This document shows, piece after piece, positions 58,006 through 64,000 of a stretch of 64,000 nucleotides of DNA; position 1 is the first letter of the stretch; the number at the start of each line of letters is the position of its first letter. A program made the position numbers and the translations under genes. Under the pieces are notes generated by a model. It ran no database searches. It was not told the origin of the DNA and was given only the letters and a program-made list of their open reading frames with translations. The DNA comes from Candidatus Sumerlaeia bacterium (GTDB lineage: Bacteria; Sumerlaeota; Sumerlaeia; SLMS01; JAHLLQ01). The stretch spans positions 26,378-90,377 of the forward strand of contig JANQSL010000171.1 in NCBI GenBank assembly GCA_028284075.1, given 5' to 3'.

Positions 58006-61000
58006 ATGAGATCATGTATTGTTTTCATTGGAAGGCATTTGGTGTCGGGACTGTTTTTCATCATGGCCGCCTCCGTGGCCATGGCAGGAGGAGCGGGCGA
58101 TCCAGGGGTGTTTCAGTTCAGCGCGACGGAGTACTTTGCCTACGAATCCGCCGGTTCGGTAACCGTTACCGTGGAGCGCGTAGATGGCTTCGCGGAGGAA
58201 GTTGACATCGACTACGCGACGACTGATGGCACCGCCACGGCGGGCTCCGACTACACAGCGCAATCCGGAACGCTCTTCTTTCCGGAGATCATCGAGGATC
58301 CAATTCCAATCACAATTCCCATCACGAACGACACGACCGCGGAGCCGGTCGAGACATTCACGATTTCCATTTCGAATCCGACCAGTGGTGCAACGCTTGG
58401 AAGCCCCGCAACGGCAACGGTTCATATCGTTTCGCCGGGGAGATACCTGACAGTCGAAAATAGGGAGAAGTACGCATATATCCTCAATGAGGACCTGGGG
58501 GCTACGGAATCTCCTCAGATCCACGACCTTGTCGCACTCAAATCTCCTGACTGTGCAGATCCGGCATCCTGTGACGACGAATGGTTCGCTGTCGTTGGAC
58601 GCAAAGATGATGGTCCTTTCTTTGGGATCTATCGTGATACCGAAGTCGCGGCCAGCTTTGAGATCTATACTGATGGATTTGCAGGGCTCGTTGACGACAG
58701 TGATCCAGCGGTTGCCTATTCACAGTTCGCACCCAAGACAATTTCCTACGTCGGGGATGGTCGCTTTGTTATCGCCGGAGCGTCGGAGCGATCCACCGCA
58801 CCGACATCCCGGGTGATCGCCGTATCCTATCGCTACTCTTCGTCAGTTGTGACACGTGTTTCGACGATCGATTTGCTCGGTGTGAGCGTAACGGATCCAA
58901 TCAGCGATTCTGTTGCCTTTGTGGCCGACCAGTCTTGGTTTGGTGACAATGTTTATGTCTCACATGGGACCCATGCCGGGTCCGCTTCCGCGCCCACTTC
59001 ATCCACTTCGGGCTGGGCAAACAATATCAGCAAATTGACCGTCAGCGCAACGGATGGAACTCTCACGCTGTCCAATACTCTGCTCGGAAACACGGACCAT
59101 GAAATTATCGATCTCGTGGCAAGCGTCGATCGGCTTTACCTGCTGACGGATCTCGTGGAGCCCGACAGCGTTACAACCCCCGATACAAACATCTTCCTCG
59201 ATCGCTATCAGGCGAGCAACCTGTCCTTTCTGACTCGTTCGCCCATTACGGATCGATCCATCTCCGGCGACAGACGACTGATCTCGACGGATACGGACAT
59301 CGCAGATCGTGATGACGCGTCCATCACGCTGGACGGTGATTCACCCTTCGTCGCGTTTGCCGTACCTGTCGGAGTGGTTGCAGGCGATGACCTTTTGACA
59401 GTAACAGCTTCAGCGGACTGTGACCCTGATGGTGTATCAAGCGGTACCATTCCACTCAACGTCGATCCTGAATTCTACAGTACCTCCACTGACGAGGAAT
59501 ATCGAATCGTCGCTCTGAAACTTTGTCCTGACGATGGAAAAGCAGTTACAGGAAAGGGCATCCATCATCTGGTGTCTGACAAGTCGACAGCTCCACACCT
59601 GGTCGATGGCAGCATTCGCTTGGATTTGTTACCTTGGATCGATCCTGGCCTTTCAATGTTTGGGCTGATTCTTCAGAATGGAAGCGATCACCCCCGACTC
59701 ATCAACGTCGACTCCAGTGGTCTCGTCTTCGCCGAACGCACGCTCTATGGTTTCAAGACCTATGGCGACGGAGCAGAGGGTGATCACGGAACGGTCAATC
59801 TTGCTCGAATACCGGGCTCAAAGACGATGTGGATTTCCGGCCTTGTGAATGGCACAGACACCGATGATCCGGATGGAAGAGTTGCGACCGGGGAGAATGA
59901 TTATTCACTCGGCAGCATGTTCTTTTCCGCAATCAACGATCTGCAGGATGGTGAGACGGACGCCCCAGTGGGCGCGTCATTGCCCGACACTTATGGTCTG
60001 ATCACCGTCCGTCCGTTGAACCTTCAATCCCCAAAGGTTTTGGAAAGACTTCCCGACGGATCGGAGCAGGAGATCTTCATGTTGGGATCATACTGGGCTC
60101 GTTTTGATGCTTATTCAGACGTCCCTACGAATTTTGACGACCCCTGGATCGATCCGGACGACGGTTTTTTCTACGAAGGCGGGCACTACCTTAACCTCCA
60201 GCGCGAGTTTCTGACCCGGCCTGAGTACGTGCAGTTGGCCAGTCCGGGTGACCTGATCGGCAGGGTGGCGGACGGTTCCTGTGATGACCTGGACGGTGAT
60301 GGATTCTGCGACGACGCCGAACCATGCGTGGATAACGATGGCGACGGATTCTGTGATGAGGACGGTGCAGGGAACGGAATTCACGTCTCCGATACACTGG
60401 ATGCGATGCTCGACGCCATGGAAGAACATGAGATGCGCGCAGTATACATCTTCTTCTCCATGATTGATCTCATCGACCGTGGCAATAATGATCTTAACCA
60501 GACCTACATGGAAGACATTTATGACTTTCTGCGGGAGCTTCAGGACCGGGCAAATTCAGAACCGGAGAAAGGAATTTACCTCTACGCCACGTTTGACCCG
60601 CTTGGACTTCCGTTCAAGGTCAACCCTGGAGGAGCGGCGGACTGGATTGTGACGGACCCCGGCGGCTGGAAGACAATTGACCGGGGTCTCTGGCGTTCTG
60701 CGCCGTGGATGAGTGAGGATGCTGTCAATACATTCACAAAAGGATATTCCGCTCCACTGGGAGGTTTCCCAAACCTTCTAACCCTGCAGAATTTTATCTG
60801 GATGTCAATAAACGATCAGATTGAGGTGAGCGAAGGCGGAACGGTCTCGGCGACGCTGGATCTTAGTGAAGGTATGGACACAACCACATTGGATTTTCTC
60901 ACTGAAGCGACACTAAACAGCCTCTACTGTACTGAGTTCATAGCATGCAGAGATGATCCCGGCTGTGATCCCTCCACCGTGGCTGTTCCAACGCTAAGCC

Positions 61001-64000
61001 CTGGTTTGAGAAGTGAAGCCGATCAGATTGTTCTAGGTGGTATGGAGCAACAGATTGAGCTATGGGAACTCTTCCTGGATGAACTGGGGTCCATCGCCCT
61101 TCAAAACGGTCGCCCGGAAGTTCTTGATCGGTTGATTCTCTCCGTGGGAAGTGAACCACATTTTCAGGCGTACTTCACACCGTTCGCGTGTTATCCCTTC
61201 GGTCATATTACCGGGGAGTTGGTGGACAGCTGTGGCTCGACTGCCAACGATGACGTCATCATTGATTACGGAGAATCTGTCCAGACGACCTTGCGGCTTA
61301 CGGATAATCCTGCCGATACATTAAACGTTACGATAGGAGGAGACTCTCACGGGTCCCTCTCTGACCTTGTCAACAGGCAGATGCTGGCTGATGCGATAAC
61401 CGTGCGCTGTATGAATGCAATTGGCGATGCAATCCACGCTTTTCAGTTCGAGGACCTGAACACCGGACTTCAATATCCCAATGAGCTCCTCGTGGGAACT
61501 TCCCTGATTACACCCACTCGACAGCTTCAGCTAATGAGTCTGTCTCGGACTTTGCCTGATCCTGCATCCCAGTATGATTTCCCCTTTGTATTGAGTTCGA
61601 GAATTGCAGATGGTACACTGCTTGTCGATAGTTTGAATGCACCCATGTACTCCCATTCACTTAATCGAACGAGTCTGGATTTCATCGGGCACAATCACAA
61701 TACTCTGAGAAACCCGGGAAGAGGCGATAGTGGAGGGGTTCCGTTCGAATCTCTGGGTGTTCAGACGGCGCCTCCCCGTTTCGATAGTGCGGGAAACTCA
61801 CGAGGTCTGAATGTGGCGGTTACAACAATTCCACCGGGCGGATACTTTATCAGTCATGATCACCTCATTGATGGAGTACGCGACAATCAACTCGCGTCCT
61901 CCGGCGCCCTGGCGGCGCTGGGAGAAAAGCCCTTCTTCTCGGCTGAAATTGCAGTCTTTCCTCAACTCGCGGATCGCTTGATAGAGGAGGCACGAGCTCG
62001 CTCCACCGTTCTGAGTGAGCTGAATTGGGTCGTCGCCGATTATAGCGATCTGGATGATGGTACATATGCAGCGGAGGACTTCAGTCATCTTCAGTCCAGC
62101 CTGTTCGATACATTGGGTTATTCCTACTTCACACGATGGGCATGGGACTTCGGCATGCACGCGAAAACTGAAGAGCGAAGAACATTGGAGTATGTTAAGG
62201 ATAATCCAGGGAGCACCTTTGCATACGAGTTCATTTCCTCAATGCTTACAACCTCACAAGGGGCGGTCTCCCCAGCTCTTCAGACGATGTCCATTGCGAA
62301 TCGTGCAGGTGCCGGAGACGATGGCGCCGGAATTCTGGTATCTTCATGGCTCACGAAGGCCGACAATTTCCTGCACATCCTTGAGGATCACGATGATTGC
62401 GATCCGACCACAACGGACCCCGACCCCTCGCCGTTTACAGCCGACACTCCCATCACAATTCACTTCTACCTGGCGACGGATCTGTTGACCGCGGGATCAA
62501 ACGAATATGCAGCTCCTGTCTTTACCCTTGATGGAGTCATCATTGCAAACGACCCCTGGGTTCAGGTCACAGGCAATGAATGGGGAATCGCTGCATCCAA
62601 ATTCATGCTCGGGGACAACCTGTCAGATAGTCTGACAGAATACGGAATCACGGCTGACATCACCGACTTCGCGTTGCGGGTGGACCTTGGAACTCAAAAG
62701 GCGATTGTCCGGGCCTATCCGGTTCGAGACGAATCGAGTTTGCCGAACGCCGTCATGGGTTCCATCGAGCCTCAGACAGTTTATACCGGATTGACCGTTG
62801 CTTCGGCGAACGACGAGATCCGGATCTTGAATACCAATCCGCGCGGTGCCGGAGCGGCACGAATCCGGATTTCAGTTCAGGGTGGCGGCGAGAATGTCGC
62901 AACAGTCCGGGTTCCTCCCAAGACTGTTTTTCGATCTACAGTGGCAGCGCTGCTCCCAAGTATAACGGGTGCTGCAACGCTGGATCTGGAGTCTTACCGT
63001 GTTCTCCCCGAGTTGGTCAGCAATCAACCCGTCGCGGTCGATCAAAGTGGAGCCGCAATCAGCAGTTGGCTGGTTGGTGATGAGTTGACCTATTTCCAGA
63101 ACAATTATCCCATCAATCTGGAAGCGGTTCCAGTTACTGTCGATGTATTCTCCACCCCAAACGTTGACGAACTTCCAGGATCCAGGCCGGTGAATGCGAC
63201 ATTTGCAGAGAATGGGCAGACCTTCGGAGGAAGTATTGTGAGTGGCAGTGCCGTACTTGGTTTCGCAGACGATCTGGCGGATATTTCCGATGATACGGTT
63301 CAGGGCGAGGCTCCACCAGAGTGTCAGTTTGCCCCAAAGGAGGTCAGGTATTTTGCTACTCACTTGGACCTTGGAGAAGCTGTTGTCTTTAGCGCAGTAT
63401 CCGATCAATCGCTGTGCGTCTCGCTTGCCAAAAAGAACGGATTGGAATACAATTACCTCTTGGGAACACATGTCTATGGTACAGCAGTAGCAGAAGATGT
63501 TACGACCACCTGGATTGCGGACTCAGACAACACCGAGGTGGTCTGCATTCTTCAAACCAATTCCTTGGACACAACATGGCAAGCCGAAGCAGTGGTGGTC
63601 AGGGTAGCGGACTTCTCCAATTCTCGTGTTTACCAGGGCTCACTCACAAGTCTCCATATCTCCTCATCGAATTCAACATCGCTCGGTGGCTGGAGAACGG
63701 AGGGATACCCCAAGACGCGAGAATGGTTGTGGGGAGGACGCAGCGACTACTATACTGGCTCGGTTCTCATAACGGGAGTGCAGGAATCTGTGGAGCTGAA
63801 TATGGCAGGATCCGTCTATGGCTCCAATCTTGGTCTTCAATGGAGGGACGAAGCCGGGCTGGGTGGTGAGTGGCGCAATTCGACCTATGGGGATCCTAAT
63901 GCATCCAACTTGACCAATTTGGTTTTTGCTGAACACCCAATGAGTCAGAATGATCAGTTTCTTCTCACCCTGAACTGGACTCCGCAAGCTACATCCAGCG
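58006..64000 (+). CDS. Giant secreted multidomain protein (>1998 aa, runs off the window): Calx-beta, Ca-binding Asp/Cys repeats, putative clan GH-A barrel
   Basis: Hand translation of frame +1 from ATG 58006 found no stop up to 64000. MRSCIVFIGRHLVSGLFFIMAASVAMA|GG; FQFSATEYFAYESAGSVTVTVER...TDGTATAGSDY (Calx-beta). Confidence 0.88.
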   Translation, partial: MRSCIVFIGRHLVSGLFFIMAASVAMAGGAGDPGVFQFSATEYFAYESAGSVTVTVERVDGFAEEVDIDYATTDGTATAGSDYTAQSGTLFFPEIIEDPIPITIPITNDTTAEPVETFTISISNPTSGATLGSPATATVHIVSPGRYLTVENREKYAYILNEDLGATESPQIHDLVALKSPDCADPASCDDEWFAVVGRKDDGPFFGIYRDTEVAASFEIYTDGFAGLVDDSDPAVAYSQFAPKTISYVGDGRFVIAGASERSTAPTSRVIAVSYRYSSSVVTRVSTIDLLGVSVTDPISDSVAFVADQSWFGDNVYVSHGTHAGSASAPTSSTSGWANNISKLTVSATDGTLTLSNTLLGNTDHEIIDLVASVDRLYLLTDLVEPDSVTTPDTNIFLDRYQASNLSFLTRSPITDRSISGDRRLISTDTDIADRDDASITLDGDSPFVAFAVPVGVVAGDDLLTVTASADCDPDGVSSGTIPLNVDPEFYSTSTDEEYRIVALKLCPDDGKAVTGKGIHHLVSDKSTAPHLVDGSIRLDLLPWIDPGLSMFGLILQNGSDHPRLINVDSSGLVFAERTLYGFKTYGDGAEGDHGTVNLARIPGSKTMWISGLVNGTDTDDPDGRVATGENDYSLGSMFFSAINDLQDGETDAPVGASLPDTYGLITVRPLNLQSPKVLERLPDGSEQEIFMLGSYWARFDAYSDVPTNFDDPWIDPDDGFFYEGGHYLNLQREFLTRPEYVQLASPGDLIGRVADGSCDDLDGDGFCDDAEPCVDNDGDGFCDEDGAGNGIHVSDTLDAMLDAMEEHEMRAVYIFFSMIDLIDRGNNDLNQTYMEDIYDFLRELQDRANSEPEKGIYLYATFDPLGLPFKVNPGGAADWIVTDPGGWKTIDRGLWRSAPWMSEDAVNTFTKGYSAPLGGFPNLLTLQNFIWMSINDQIEVSEGGTVSATLDLSEGMDTTTLDFLTEATLNSLYCTEFIACRDDPGCDPSTVAVPTLSPGLRSEADQIVLGGMEQQIELWELFLDELGSIALQNGRPEVLDRLILSVGSEPHFQAYFTPFACYPFGHITGELVDSCGSTANDDVIIDYGESVQTTLRLTDNPADTLNVTIGGDSHGSLSDLVNRQMLADAITVRCMNAIGDAIHAFQFEDLNTGLQYPNELLVGTSLITPTRQLQLMSLSRTLPDPASQYDFPFVLSSRIADGTLLVDSLNAPMYSHSLNRTSLDFIGHNHNTLRNPGRGDSGGVPFESLGVQTAPPRFDSAGNSRGLNVAVTTIPPGGYFISHDHLIDGVRDNQLASSGALAALGEKPFFSAEIAVFPQLADRLIEEARARSTVLSELNWVVADYSDLDDGTYAAEDFSHLQSSLFDTLGYSYFTRWAWDFGMHAKTEERRTLEYVKDNPGSTFAYEFISSMLTTSQGAVSPALQTMSIANRAGAGDDGAGILVSSWLTKADNFLHILEDHDDCDPTTTDPDPSPFTADTPITIHFYLATDLLTAGSNEYAAPVFTLDGVIIANDPWVQVTGNEWGIAASKFMLGDNLSDSLTEYGITADITDFALRVDLGTQKAIVRAYPVRDESSLPNAVMGSIEPQTVYTGLTVASANDEIRILNTNPRGAGAARIRISVQGGGENVATVRVPPKTVFRSTVAALLPSITGAATLDLESYRVLPELVSNQPVAVDQSGAAISSWLVGDELTYFQNNYPINLEAVPVTVDVFSTPNVDELPGSRPVNATFAENGQTFGGSIVSGSAVLGFADDLADISDDTVQGEAPPECQFAPKEVRYFATHLDLGEAVVFSAVSDQSLCVSLAKKNGLEYNYLLGTHVYGTAVAEDVTTTWIADSDNTEVVCILQTNSLDTTWQAEAVVVRVADFSNSRVYQGSLTSLHISSSNSTSLGGWRTEGYPKTREWLWGGRSDYYTGSVLITGVQESVELNMAGSVYGSNLGLQWRDEAGLGGEWRNSTYGDPNASNLTNLVFAEHPMSQNDQFLLTLNWTPQATSS

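Larger units (their letters stand above)
56072..64000. mobile_element. Decayed tRNA-Lys-associated genomic island (left part)
   Basis: Integrase remnant next to a tRNA, about 1.2 kb of gene debris, then an orphan giant gene. Right boundary not in the window. Confidence 0.5.

Noticed and set aside
1-64000. CRISPR array, rRNA, intact IS or prophage
   Set aside because: No regularly spaced repeats, cas genes, rRNA-like tracts, transposase or phage structural genes were seen.

Overview
Bacterial genomic window of roughly 55-60% GC by eye. The pilin motif FTLIELLIVVAIIAILAAIAVPNFLEAQTRSKVSR...YDPTNGT and the secreted proteins ending in a short 'DW/SW-xx(x)E' tail suggest Candidatus Sumerlaeota (BRC1); this is inference. 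Three zones are visible. (1) 1-23.5 kb is accessory. It holds a pilin plus secreted CBM-like gene pair, a more AT-rich TetR/SDR/two-hydrolase/ogt cassette with palindromic operators, a secreted tailspike-like protein, and a LacI-controlled beta-glucan locus (discoidin-(alpha/alpha)6 GH, CBM-like protein, SBP-permease fusion, permease, GH94, LacI, pilin, GH144-like, GH1) with no TonB-dependent receptor. The zone ends in an orphan 3' half of tRNA-Pro(TGG) that looks like an att scar. (2) 23.6-55.9 kb is core-like: zinc-finger/TPR plus two PilT ATPases, UbiD, an RsmB-type methyltransferase, IlvE, a sulfatase pseudogene, an Aas/LplT fusion, an expanded MglA/MglB operon (four roadblock-type proteins, DUF4388-MshEN, membrane-anchored receiver), Spy/CpxP-like, hom, PfkB, GH129-like, a flavin reductase and a LIM-like/DA1 metalloprotease. 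(3) 56-64 kb has tRNA-Lys(CTT), a truncated tyrosine integrase, and a secreted ORF of about 2000 aa or more that the ORF track missed. That ORF has a Calx-beta domain and a cryptic, heavily inserted clan GH-A barrel. All calls come from motif recognition; no database searches were run.
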